64,000 nucleotides of DNA from Balanoglossus misakiensis (Eukaryota; Animalia; Hemichordata). The translations under genes were made by a program, and so were the position numbers. Position 1 is the stretch's first letter, and each line of letters opens with the position of its first letter. Below the pieces are notes generated by a model. That model was not told the origin of the DNA, ran no database searches, and was given only the letters and a program-made list of their open reading frames with translations. The stretch is from contig CM082587.2 of NCBI GenBank assembly GCA_040954595.2, positions 1,641,000 to 1,704,999 on the forward strand, in the 5' to 3' direction. Positions 25,001 through 41,579 of this stretch are shown piece by piece.

Positions 25001-28000
25001 AAGATATGGCTTCAGCTTTGCAAGGTCGAATTGAAGCTGAGGCTAGGAAACTTGCAGGTGATCTTGATGGCAGTGGTAGCAAGTCTATGCTTGAAGGTGA
25101 GAATCCTGTTTGTTAACAAGATCCTCTGATGATAATGACTTTCTGGAAATAATCACTATACTCAAATCAGTCTGGTTACTTTCCTGTGTTAACCCCAGAT
25201 GCAACTTTACCGTATACTATTTCTTTGTCACTTCAGTTTCGGGAATAGATCACTGGGCATATGCATCTCGGGGACCTGTTGATTCCTCGCCAGAGAGCAG
25301 AGATATACCTAGGTATGAAAGAATAACTGGCAAACCTGGCGACCATCTTGTCTTCATGGATAATTTACCAGGTAAGAAGAATTGTGTTTTAATACTCTCA
25401 TGATGTTGGAAAATTTATTCCTATTGATGGCACAGATGAATGGTGGCTGTAGTCTAATGTGCACCATTATCTTATGATACAGGAGTTGGAAGCTTGTCCT
25501 CTCAAGCCAGACTTGCTTCAGAGCACGAAAAGCAAGATGAAGCAGCCACCAAGATACAGGCAGCCTATCGAGGCCATCATGTCAGACAAGGACTGATGTG
25601 GAAATTGCCATCTGGTTTGACTCTGGGAGAGAGAATGCATGCCAAGGATGAAGATAGACCGATCAAGGTGTGTAAGACATCATGATTATTTGTGCTCCGC
25701 TTTACCATTACACAGAGCGTCAGGCAGACATTGTTGTTCAAATTATAATTTTGTCAGTCCACAAAATCTGATTTGTTTGCTGTTGATTTCAGAGGCTGTC
25801 AATGGGTCTGGATGTCTCAGATAATGATTCCATCAGTGAACAGACGCTAACAGAGCACAGCATTGATATTGATCTCAAACCACAGGTGAGATAGCCTCAA
25901 ATACCCATATCTCTGTAGTGTAAATGATGCATACGTTGTTGCCATGTTCTGGATAAAAATGTGCTAAATCTTTGGATGCATTCATGTTTCAGTTCAAGGA
26001 ACTGTTGACCCCAAGTGATCATCAAGCTAAAGACAGGGAACGTCGACAGGACGTTGAACATTACCGTGATCTTCTGTCCACTGCTACCAACAGAAGAGAC
26101 TATGTACGCTCCTCATACGGCCAACCTAAACCTGATGGTTACAGTGTCATCGATATCTACACTAGGAGATACGAAGAAGCTGCAAAAGACCCGTCCAGGA
26201 GGTTTGGAGGTAAATTACCTGAGATTTTGAAACAGTGATAGTAAATATGTACCAAGATTTATAACTCGGCAACAAGTACAATTCTGTAGTCAAACTTGGA
26301 GATTTATTTGCTAACTGTTATAGAGAACCACATATCAGCAGTCGAGCCATCCATCAGTCAGGCATACAACTATGAAGATGACTTCACTGGAGGCAGCATA
26401 TCCCAGAGTCACCCAGGAGCTGGTCCACTCTCAAGATCACAGCTGGCATCACAGGTTGGTCTTTTCCATCCCAACGATATCCATGGTTTTCTGCCAAGGT
26501 CTAGGAGATACATATTTTTCAAAACAAATTCTGTGTATTATGCACTGTGTGCTTTCTGTTTGTTAAACTGAATTATTTCTCGCCCGTGTCCTTTCAGCGT
26601 TCTGCCAGCAAGGCTCTATCATATTCTGACGATTTCACTGGAAGCGTGTCTGGCCCATCTAAGAAGTCTGTCAGTGCCAGTGCTGAGAAGGGGTCAAAGG
26701 ACAAAGGTCAAGGCAGTGCCAAAAGGTCATCAGAAAAGAAGAGTCCACGCAGAGAAGATACTTTGGAAGAAGTGTCATACTCACATAGCTTTTCAAGGTG
26801 TGTTTTTTTACATGCACCTCTTAACCTTTGCTATGTTCTGATTGAATTGAAACAAGGCCTAAATTTGTGTAATCTAGATGTGTAAATTTAACTACAAAGC
26901 AGTCTAATCTTAAGATAATTAATGCAAGACTAATGAATCACACTGTAATGTGATTCTTCTCAGTAGCTCTGAAGAGGAAGCTGGATTTGCCTCAAACAGG
27001 AGATCACAGACACCCAGTCCAAGAACAGTGTCCGCTCAGAGTAAGACCGGCGGTGTCCGCAGCAAATCACCAGCTGTGGGTGGCACAAAATCACCAGTTC
27101 CGCTCGGTGAGAGAAAATCACCAACCAATCGTGACTCTTCAGACAGACGATCGCCAGTCTCTGAGAGAAAATCGCCAGTCAACGGCACTCTGAGAAAGTC
27201 ACCGATCACAAAGGATTATGTGAATGGATTTCAACCTGTGGAAGAAATAATCAATGAAGATGATGGGGAAATGGACACAAGAGTTCACAGGGTAGGTCTT
27301 TGGGAGAAATCTATGTAATAATGATCAAGTTCCAGGTTTTCATTTAAATTTTTAGCATGTGGTTATCATGTATACTCATGCTTTCTACATTTTCAATTAC
27401 AGCCTGTACCTCATGGACTAGGGAGGCCGGTTTCTGACATACCCCCTAGGTTGGCACCAAGTGCTCTTGAACTTAAGATGGCTGCTGAATTAAACCTGTT
27501 GGAGTCTATGGAGGAGTCTATGAGGCAGCTGACTGAGGTGGAAAGAGCCAGAGCAGTATCCCTAGCTCAGCAGGAAAGTGTATCTCTTGCACAGATACTG
27601 AAGGTAAGACTTTGATGTGACTGTCACTTATACTTGTAGTCCCTTTACTCTCATGAATGCTGGAAAAATCGATTTCCCCTTTTTGATGAATGACTTTTGA
27701 CTTTTGAACTTTGACACAGGCCAGACAACAGAGTCACGAGAGAGAGTTGCACCTACTTTCACTGAAAGCCAGACAGGAAGCAGATGAGGCCAGCAGACAA
27801 TTGGAAGAAGCTCGTCAGAGAGCAGCAGCGGCAGCATCACAGGCTGAGAAGACAAAAGCAAGTGCCAGGAAGGAGGCTGCAGATTCTGTCAATGAAACAG
27901 CGCAGAAACTGATGCAGTCACAAGCTGAAGCTGCCATGGCAACAGCAGAGGCAGCAAGGCAACTGGCTGAGGTGAGTTGTATTTCTGTAACCTTGGTGAC

Positions 28001-31000
28001 GAACATTAAGATATAGTTAGTGGGAAATATGACGAAGTGTTCATATAACTAGGTTCATCAGAAAAATTGAATAATCACTGAGAAACCCATACCTTATAAT
28101 TGTCTATTTCTGCAGGCAAGACAGACCTCCATGGAACATGTAGCAGCCATGCAGAGATTCGACCCAACCAAAGTTGCAGCAGAGACTGCATCAGCGGCTG
28201 CAGCTGCGGCCGTGACAGCAGCATTGGAGAGACAGCGACAACAACAGATTGAACAGTGGAAGGAAATGAGAGCCAAAAAGTAAGTAGCAGAAATATCCAG
28301 CTATCAGTTTGCTGTCATTCACTACTCACAGTGTTTCAGAGTATCTCAAAACAATTTGCCTTGTTGTTGATAAAAAACTTGAATATGATCATGCCTTACT
28401 GATATGTGCAAACTACTGTTTGGATGCACACAGGGCCAAAGCATTGAGTGACTACTCTATCACTAGCAGCAGTCCGAGTAGAACGGATAGCAGGGCACCA
28501 TCTACCTCCAAGTATTCATCCGATGTTACAGATTACTCTTCTAGATCCAAGGATAAAAGGTAATCTTGCAGGTTATTATTTTAAACAAAGAGCTGTACAG
28601 GTTATGGTCAATAAAAATTCAGACAATTAGACTCTCAGAATACTATGAACACCCACATACATAGTCACATCATATGCTTTACTGTTACAGCCCGCCTTCA
28701 AGCTATAGTGAACGCTACCGCCCTGAGCGATCACCGCCAAAAGACAGAGACGTCAGCCTTTCAGAAAGTGTGAAAACGGCTGATGACGCATCAAGACTTC
28801 AGCGAGACAAAGACGTCAGCACGGCATCTTCAGTGCAGACTGCCGCAGACACAGCCAGGAGTGTCAGTACAGGGTCCATCAAGACGGCCAGTGGGGTGTC
28901 TGTAGACAGGGACCAGTCACAGAACGACGACTCATCAATCCACACTGATCCATCCATCAGTGCTGCCAAGGATTCGTCTAAGAGTGAAAGCATCACAGAA
29001 GAGATTACCAAAGGTACAGCCATCTGTAAAATATACTTGGCTCACTTTCTATAGTCAAGTAATTTGAAGGATGAAACCACTTTACTTGCATATAGACTGC
29101 AATAAGCATGGAGATTTTGAACTTGGCCAATTGTTGTACCTTAATAAGAAAAGGATTTCCTTTCTTTTTACGAAATTGACAGGCAGCGGAGAGGAATATT
29201 CCATGACGTTTGACACGGAAGATGAGATTGATGAAAAGTCATTCCGTATGCTGTTGCCATCGGAGAGTCATCGATTACATACATCCAAAGGAAGACATGG
29301 GAGTCATTCAGATCATGCTTCATCATCGGTCAGTTCAATTTTCCTTTTGTTTATAAAAGAAACATTGAACTCAGAAGTTCATGGAAATGTCCTGTTGTAT
29401 ATTGTGTTTTGAATACAAAGCTTATGCAGATATTATGCCCAGTCTGTGACTTGCTGAACTAGTTTAGAAACAGCTTTTCAGTTTTTAAAGATGTTAATTC
29501 AAAAGATGTTTTATTTTTCTTTCTAGGATGAAATGACACTGACACATGATTCCGGCAAGGTATGTATAGCTCAGATTATGTATGCATGACGTAGGGAAAC
29601 TTATATTACAAAGAAAGGAAAGAAATGAACAAACAACTTCTTCTGTTTGATTTCAGTGGGCACACGATGACATGGGTTCACCGTTCAGTGCAGAAGAGTC
29701 TTTCAACAAATTCACAGCTGAAATGGTGAGACAGTACATGAGAGAGGAAGAACTGAGAGCTCAACATCAGGCGGCGTTGCTGAGACTCCGGGAAAAGGCG
29801 CTCAAAGAAAAAACCAAAGCTGAAATGGCATGGATTGAGCACCAAAAAAGGTTGGTTATAACCCACAGACTATAATTTGCAAATGTTGAATTTATTGTGA
29901 CAGTGTTTGACTACAGTGCCAAGTGTGCATAAGGAAATCATAACACTTGTTATTTGTCTTTACAGGAGACTGAAAGACAAGGGAACAGATGAAGCAATGC
30001 CTCCACTCAGGAAGAAGCAGAGAGGATTGCTAATGAAGCTCAAACAAGAACAGGTAATTATAGGCATGGAATTCAAATATGCAATCGTGAACCTGACATC
30101 GCCAATATAGGTTCTGTGAAAATATGCCTACTCAACTGCATCATTCATGTCAATCCTGTTCAGTTCATTCATACGTTTTTGAAATACAACTTCCAGGCGG
30201 AGATTGACAGACTGAAGGCAGCCAACAAAGCAGCAAGTCAGGAAAGGAAATTACTTCTGTACCAACAGCAAGAAATATCCAGGATCAGGAAGAGTGCCCA
30301 GGCGTACTGGGGAAGAGTGAAAGGTGGCAAGCCAACTGCAGATGAAATGAAAAGTGATGATGATGTCAGTCTTGGGGTAAGAAAACAAAGTCTGTGTTTT
30401 ACTGTGTGCTTCTGTGTACATCACATTTTCTGTGGGTTTCTAAGACATTGTGGTTGGTCATTTTGACTGAAATACTTACTTCATGTAGTGTTGCCTCTCT
30501 CTCACATGTCTAACTCTGATTTTCCATTCCTTGACCACAGCTTGATGATTCTGTATCTGATGTACCAGATGTGTTATCTGATGTGTCTTCACCAAGTCCA
30601 GTCAAGACAGATAGAGACAGAGGTAAGCTCCTCTCTCATTGCTAGTCTGGTGTTATTTATGTGGTCTGTATTTAACCACAATGCACCAAAACAAAGAAAG
30701 CCATGATTTATCTCTTGTTCAGAGAATGTGTTGTTCTTAAACGTTCCCCTTTCATCCTCGTCTTATTTTCAGGGTCTGTAGCAGATGGCCAGTTGTCAGC
30801 GTCAGAAAAACAAGCTAAAGTTATGCAAAAACTGAAGAAGATGAAAACTCAATCCAATGAAAAGTAAGTCATAAGTTGATATTTGGAGTTTGGCAATCAT
30901 ATGGTAATCTGTGTTGAGGTTCAGATTCATCACTACTACTATTTGAGTTCTGAGTGCCAAATGAAACTCATATTTTCAAATTCCAATTTTTGTGACAGAT

Positions 31001-34000
31001 TTCTGACAAGGAGAGAGCAAAAGTTACTGAAGCGCAAAGCCAAGGCGGAGGAACTTCTAAAGTGGAAGAAGATAGACGAGGAAGAATTACTGAAATGGAA
31101 GAAGAAACTGGATGAAGAAGAGTTACGTGTGCAGAGCATGGAGAAGGAGGCATTGAGATTGCTGGAAGAGAAAGCCAAGGCTGCCAAGGAGAGCAAACCT
31201 AGTGACAACAAAGCAAAGAAGGAACAAGATGATAAGAGCAAGAAAGAAAAAGGTAAAAATAGAATTCTACAGTTGTGGTATCATGGTTACACTTTGATTG
31301 TAGTCATACCATGAAAAAATATTTGGAAATATTGAACTTGATTTTTGTTGACCTTTCAGATGAGAAGTCTGCAGCCAAGGACAGCAAAGTGACAGAGAAA
31401 GAAGACAGCTCAATAACAGAAGAGATTAGCCAGATCAGTAGTATTCCAGAAGATATACCATCGGAAACACACACGGATAAAAACAGTTTCCAAGCACCCA
31501 CTGGGAATGGCTTTTCCAGCGATGATACAACAGTCACGGAAGACTATGCTAATGAGAAGTTTGAATCCATTGAAACCACACCCCCCGTGACAAGCCGTGG
31601 ACTGTCTCCATCACCGAGGGCAAAGACACCTCGAAGTCTGAATAGTCTGTCAATCAGATATCCACTGTCACCAAGAACGAGAAGAGACGAGGAAAGTGGT
31701 TCTGAGGAATCATTATCATTGACTCAGTCGGGTAAGTGTTCTGGCAGTGTGAGCAGCTGTGTTTAGTGCATATCATGTCTCGAATTCACTTTGTTCATTT
31801 AGTGTTCTATCAATGAATATATGTTTGTAACTGATTTATTTTCATTCTTTGCCGCAGAAACTACTTCTGACCTAAGTGATGTGGAAGGTCGAATTGCAGC
31901 CTTAAAAGACGCTCTGAGGAAACGTAAGAGTGAAGTTGAGAGATTGCGCAAACAGCAAAAGAAGAGACACAGGGAAAAACTGCGAGCCCAGGAAGCAAGT
32001 CTCAAAAAACAACTAGAGGTATGTATAACAAGGGATGTAGTTTTGCTGAGGTGTCAAACTTATCATGATGGACCCCCCAGCACACCTATGAAACTGCAAA
32101 AGTCCACTGTGTGGTAGACTTGTATTATTTCTATAGAGTTAAAGGGTCTTATCATCAGCACACATGATTCTTTAGAGTTAGGAGATCATAGCGTTGCTAT
32201 TCTAAGATATATTTGATATGCCTTGTGGACATATTGATATCTACAGAATGCTACCATGAATAACTGATGTACATACATGAAATATCTTTTGATAAAATAC
32301 AATAATTATTTCTTGTTTCAGTCATATGAAAAGTACATTGAAAAGACAAAGGCTGAGCTAATCAAGGAGAGAGACCATGATAAAATCACGGTGAAACCAC
32401 AGATCAAGAAACCCAAAGCAGCCGAGTCCAAGCGAATCAGAGAACAGACATCTCCAAAACAAACCAGTCCAGATACCAGGACATCTGTGACATCGGAGAA
32501 GAAGGTCAGTGACCTGGATGTCAGTAAGAGATCCAGCACTGATGATGATCAGTCTGTCAAAGAAGCCACTGATAGTTACACGTCATGGAGTGGTACGACG
32601 ACTCCAGCTACTACACCAGCAACGACTCCTTTACCAACGGAAGGTCAGTATGGTGGTCATTTCAGTGTGTAGTGTTGTGTCATTTTCTGTTTAACATGCA
32701 GGATGGAGATTGCCCAAATTAGGGTTCTGTACTGTGTTTTGTAAAGCTGTGCAGAACTCATATGATGATGGAACAAAAACCTTCCCAAACTAGTTTATAA
32801 GACTGTGACGAGATTCTCAGAATTGTTCTGTAACTTCTTTTATTCCCATTTCACAGAAATCAGTCCAAGGCGAAGACCGATATCACCAAGGAAAGAGAGG
32901 AGTTTCAAAGAAGACAGTTACTCAGATAACATCAGTATCCGTCTCAGTGAGAAGGGTCCTGAACTGATCTCGCCCAGACCACCACCACCGAGATCGCAGT
33001 CACCTGATTCAAGACCCACATCTCGTCTGTCTGATGTCACCGATGCATCAGATATCCCTGAAGATATTCCTCTGTCAGCAAGGAGTGCCAGATCTGGCAT
33101 CTCTGACTTCCTTACTCCGAGATTACCTGACATCCAGGAGAAATCTGATATCTCCTCCGGTGCCGAAGCTTCCAAGTCTATAAGCGAACCTGTTAGGGAA
33201 CCACAGGCACCTGTCAGCAAGCCGAGTGTAGAGCCATCAAAGGCTGTGAGTGAGCTCAGTCAAGCAAAGTCTGAGAGTGAAGTACCTGAAGAGTTACCAA
33301 GTCAGCTTGGAGAGTCAGAGATTGCTGAAGACATTATCTCAGCTGGAAGTGGCAAATCCACTCCATCACCCTCGCCACGTGTTTCATTGAAGAAACAGGA
33401 AGAAGAATTGACCAAACCAGGAAAGGAAGAGGACACTGTACCAACAGGCACGGACAGTGTCAAAGCAGTGGAACTCACCAGATCTCCTCAGGTTGAACCT
33501 GCAGTAGAGGTGGATTCGTCAGTCAGCCCTGATAAATCGCTGGACCAAGAACCATTTTCTCAATCGCAGGAGAGGTTAGATGTGTCTGAGAGTGAAAAAT
33601 CAAGGTCTAAGTCCTACAGTTATAGCGAAGACTTCACTGGAACGTCGAGTCCGAAGTCAGAGACAGAAGATGAGATAAGCGAACATCTCAGTCAAGTTAG
33701 TGATATGAGTGTGCCAACATCCAGTGAGAAATCAGGAGAGTTGATGATTGATTTGAAAGCTGCTGTCAGCCAAGAAGAATATATGCCAGAGAAGGAAGTG
33801 TCTGAAGAAAAAGAGAAAGACGTTGTGTTGGAACTTGTTGGCACCGACAAAGAGGTGGAAGAAGGTGGCAAAGAAAGTGGAACTGTCACTCCAGTGGATG
33901 AGGACAGGACTCCTATAGCCTCACCAACGCCCGAAGATGATCTAGCCAACTTCAACATTGGTGACAGGGTTCTGGTTGGAGACAAGCAGCCTGGCACTCT

Positions 34001-35996
34001 GAGATTCAAAGGGAAAACATCATTTGCAGCCGGTGTTTGGGGTGGTGTTGAGCTTGATGTTCCAAAGGGTAACAATGATGGATCAATTGATGGACGGGAA
34101 TACTTCAAGTGTGAGCCCAGATATGGGATTTTCGCACCGCCACATAAACTCAACCACATGCCAGACGAGTACAGATATGAAGAAACTGAGTCAGAAATAG
34201 AGAGCATCGAGGAGGAAATGAAAATTGTTAGTCCTGACAAGCTATCTCAGGAACATGGAATTCTTGAGGAAGAAGAGGAATTCAATAAGTACGAGACCAG
34301 TGAGTCTTCCTTGTCCAAACCAACAACCATCAGATCAGCAGCAGAGGAAAAGAAAGAAGCTTCGGATGTGGACTCTACTATGGATGATAGTGAGCTGGAG
34401 AGGATTATCAGTCATTCAGCTGCAGCTGTTGAGGCTTTCTGCAAATCACCTGATGCCACAGAACATAGTGAAGATGATCTCTCACTGCTTCAGGAGGATG
34501 TACCACAGGGCCACACTTTGGAAGACGTCGTTGACTCGATCACTGATCAGCTGACTGCCGCTGTTGTCAAGGACACTCTGAGTCACATAGCAACCGTGGC
34601 TGAAAAACAGAAGAGCAGCACGGTTGCCGAGGCTCCTTTCCTTCACATGCTCCTGGACGATGAAGATAAAGTCAGAGAAGAGGTAACAGAGCAAGATGGC
34701 GGACAGACTGAGAAACCAGCTGAGGCAGTCGCAGATGACCTAACCAGGGCGCTGCTTACAGAGGCAGTTGGCCAGATGCAAGCGATCAAGAAAAACAGGG
34801 ACATGAAATTATCCGAACAAATGGAAACCTCGTTTGAAGATGAAAGCATCATCACTCCCATCACAGATGTTGAACCACCGTCTCTTGTGTCGGGCGCGTC
34901 CTCTCCCGAAAAAGACGGAAGTCTCGCGACTCCCCCACAAACGCTGTCTCCACTTCCCAGAATAGAAACACCGTACACTCCTAGCCCAGTTGACATGACC
35001 AGGAAAGACGAGGATGATGAACCACTCAGTGATGAGGTCTTTGCCGAGAGGGTCCGAGTAGAAAATGCAGCCGATGATGCAGCTTTCCCCGAACCAGTCG
35101 CTCGCCCACGATCACCTGTTCCTGGAGAATCGGGAGATTCTATGTGGAAAATACTGGACGATGATTTTGCTGATGTTCTTGGAGAGTGGATCGATGATGA
35201 CTTTGGATCCATGCCCAGAAGCAACTCCATTGTGAAAGTGCCACAGAGACAGGCGGTCGAGGATGTCCAGTTGGTTGGTTCTCATGGAAGAGTCGATGCA
35301 GGGGAAAGGTCGCCACCGGATATACGCCGCATTGAACTGCAAAGACTCACAGAAGAGGTTTTCTTTGCTGTGCCTCACAACCAGAAAGAGGTCATTGACC
35401 TCTGCATGGAAGCCATCAAGGTGTTTTACAACAAACAGGAAAACAGCGAACCACTAGTAAACGTCAGCACTCCTGAGAGTTTTCTTGGGGCAGATACGAA
35501 GGCCACTGATATTGAGAGTGTTAGCAGGAAAGCCTACAAGGAGATGGTTTTTGAACTGACTGGGGAAGTCTTCAGGGACATTTATTCTGAAGATTACAAC
35601 CATCACCGGCCATCTTGGATGAAACCAAAACGTGTCACCAGAAAGTACTACCACAAACCCAAGCCACCGGACAGCTTCTCTGAATTGGAGTCAGTCGTCC
35701 GGGAACAAGTCCTCTACCTCCTTGGCCTGCAGAAGAAGCCACAGTCCGAGTTGATCCCGCTGAAATGGATCAACAAAAAGAAAAAGGACCACGTGGATGA
35801 GATTTTGACGGAAGAGCTGAGGGAGGAAGAGCCAGAGTGGGTTAACTACGATGACGATGAACTTGCCGTGAAGATGCAACTCTCTGATTCCATCTTTGAA
35901 TCTCTTTTGACGGAGAGTGTCATGATTCTCAGTACTATAAACGACAGACGGAAAGCACGTCAAGAGGGCGAAGATGTAGAAATCACAGCAATATGA
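19023..35996 (+). CDS. CEP350: Centrosome-associated protein 350-like (multi-exon; CAP-Gly domain in 3.1-kb terminal exon)
   Basis: N-terminal DLTSVWDQMGEAKSALRRAERRLE; KVRKVAAAPPAPTYKGFN; SFRMLLPSESHR; FNKFTAEMVRQYMREEELRAQHQAALLRLREKALKEKTKAE; SDLSDVEGRIAALKDALRKRK; CAP-Gly GVELDVPKGNNDGSIDGREYFKC..GIFAP; C-terminal DHVDEILTEELREEEPEWVNYDDDELAVKMQL. Confidence 0.92.
24330..24530 (+). repeat. ~200-nt pyrimidine-rich (CT) intronic tract lacking AG dinucleotides
   Basis: No AG from ~24326 until CCAAG|TAG at 24526-24533. Confidence 0.8.
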
Positions 35997-38337
35997 GGAG
36001 CAAGTCCGCAAGTACAAGGCATGAAGTGAACCAGCTTGTGCACCTGTTGGGAACATAACCAAACAGTATTTTACTATAAGTACAAATTTTGAATCTCGAG
36101 AATACTTTCAGTGTACGTTTTACCAGTGGTAATGTTCTCAAATGTTACCATTGCCAGCTCTTGTATCAAGCGGTTTGCATTCCAAAATGGTCACAAGGTT
36201 TGCTGTGAATAGTCTGTAGATTGCATGACACAACTCTGTAACAAATTGTAAATAACAGTCAGCAATTATTTGTCTCAGTCTCCTTGGTGATAGCTTGGCA
36301 AGTTTATACCATAGCAACAGAGTAAATTCATGACAGTCACTTATTTCTATGAATTGGCACATATTACTGCAAGTGTAACAAACTGAAACATGTAGCTTAT
36401 ATTTTAAACGATGTAAATGGTGTGAAAAAATATGATGAAATTATTCAACTAGATTTTATACAATTTTAACATTTATTTTTTCAACTGTACGAGATTACAT
36501 TTATTCTGTTTCATGTTTTCTGTGTTGCCAGGATGAATGATGTTTCAAATGAAAAGTGACCAGATTTCCGGTGAAAATGTTTGGCTCAAGAAAATGTTTA
36601 AGTTAGAACATTCACAGCTCTGAAACTATATTTCATTTTATGTCTTATTAATTTCATATTTTTTAATAATCATTTTTAATCAAATAAGGAAGAACATGAT
36701 TTATTTATTATTATCATCATCATTATCATCATCAAGAGAAGATTAATTATACACTATTTTTACAGTGTGTATTTTGTGATTTGTGATCTGAAAGGACCAT
36801 TGCATTTCTTCCAAAGCTATGCATACAGTTTTGTTTGATTTTGTTTACAGTATGTTGTACAAGCAGCCTTTATTCTTATTATTCAACATTGCTACATCCA
36901 CATCACAGTCAGTTAAACACTAAAAATAGTGTACACCACTTGTTTTAACTAGAAAATAGACATTATGGGCATTATTTCAGTGAACATTTTGCCGTAGTTA
37001 GCTCTGGATCTTCATGAATCTGTATCAGCACGTGTCTTTGAATACTGCAATTAGATTGGTCAACGGAATGTAAAATGTTGATTGTAGGCAACTCTAAGCA
37101 ACCTGTTTGTATAATCCAGGTTTCTGATGAAACATGACCACAATGTACTTCCCGAACCAAAGTTGATAATTTTATCTCAGTACAATGACATTTATGTAAT
37201 ATATCGTAGAAAAGAAGTAACCATACAAGTTTTTGTGATTTTTGATGCCAGATGTAAAATAATGATAATGGTGCATACATAATTTGATGACATGTCAGCT
37301 TTTCATTGGCTCTGTAAATAAGTTACTTGTTTCTAATACCCAATCAAATGAGTACAGTTATACCTAATAATTAATGAAGTCATTTTTGGCTCTGGTGCAT
37401 AATGAAAAATCTCCTGATCTTATCTGGTATGAATGGACCCTTATGAAATGAAATCATCTTACTTGCAAAGGTGTGGTAGTTCTAGAAAAAGTGGGATTGT
37501 ATAATATTTGACCCCCATGGTTGGAGTGGTAAATTATAAATACTGTAATGAATTACAATGATGATGATTGTGTGTATAAGATGTAAATGAAAGAGGAATT
37601 TTATGTAGTAATTTCAGAGATTTTTATTGGACTGTCTCTGCTTGCAGATTTTTTCTACTGTGTACTCTTGGTGCTGCTAGTTTATGTTTGTGATTGTCCA
37701 AAAATGTTTTAATTTGTAAATTTGTAAATCATACAATAAATTTGCTTTAGCTATTATATAAAAACATACAACTTGAATGTTTGTTAGGTATACAAAATTC
37801 ACAGACACTTGCATTTTTTACCCTCAATATTTATTTCATTCCCAAAATACTAAAAACACAAGAAATCAAACAAATTATATACATATCACGAATCTTGAAC
37901 AAAATAAATTAAAATGAATCCATATACCAAACCATTCAAAAATAAATTAATCTACATATATAAAAAAAATATATATACCCACATTACCTTATCGAAATTA
38001 TTCAAATAAACCCATAAAACAAAATAGAATTAACTTAAATCCTTGAAATTATATTATTTAACAAATAAATACTAATCTCCACCAGAAGTCCTATTAATCA
38101 AAATATACAGATTATTTTCTTTGTAATACAGATATCACACAAACACAGCAAAAGTTATTACTAAGTTATTACACTTACAAATTTATCACATAATCATGAA
38201 ATGTTCATAAAAGTTTTTCTGGGTTGTGGTTCTGAAATAACATTTGTGCAAATACAATACATGTTTACTGACAATAATTCATATTGCACTAATTTATAAG
38301 TTTTTTCTTCTACTACAGATGTTTAAAAAAAAGTGAC

Positions 38338-40806
<2,469 letters not shown>

Positions 40807-41579
40807 ATTCAGAATGACTGGATGTTACCAGTCTGTCCGATTTGGCCAATAAATATCACATTTTAGCGGTCACAGTCATTTGAACACCAGAGCATACGCG
40901 CCCGTGGGACGTACGGACATTTTAGGTCAAAGGTTATCTTTACGAATTATTGGGTTAACCCATTTTCGTAGAGGGAAACCAGAATCTATTCAGGGTGATG
41001 TTGAAGCATGTACTCTACAACCTGACGTCAGCAGAGATGGAGTACTGGATAGTCTTAGCCACTAAAGGATAATCGAATACGAACATCAATAGTGTTTTAG
41101 AGTAAACTGAGCATAGCTTACAGTGAGCGAGATTTATTTATGTGTCCTGAAATAAAATGTATTGTTCCTATGACCCTTGTGAGGTACGTTCGCGAGGTCG
41201 AGAAAGGACGTTCACCTCACTGCACCAAACAAAACAAAATGCCCTTTCTTGACCTTTGCTATGAGGTCAAAGTCACTTATCTGTTTCAACTGATACACTG
41301 CTGGTGTAAAACTAGAAGAATAAATGAATGAAGCACATTTTTAGCATTTTGTTATTCTTTATTGTAATATTATTCACATATCACATGGCCAACAAGTCAC
41401 GTGCTTTCAAAACCAGGAAAGCATGTGCATGTGATGTAAGAGACGTAATGTCGATACACTGTGTATATAGTACAGCAGAAACCTGACCTGTTTGTGCTAC
41501 GGAACAGCTCACAATAGTGATCCAGTGATAAAAAACTAACCACTTTTTGCAGACCCAAGAAAGTCTAAAAGGTGCAAAA

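Noticed and set aside
32918-36062. Several long antisense ORFs (100-195 aa) over CEP350, and similar ones over the SULT and CARDB-like exons
   Set aside because: Shadow ORFs of biased coding sequence with no independent motifs
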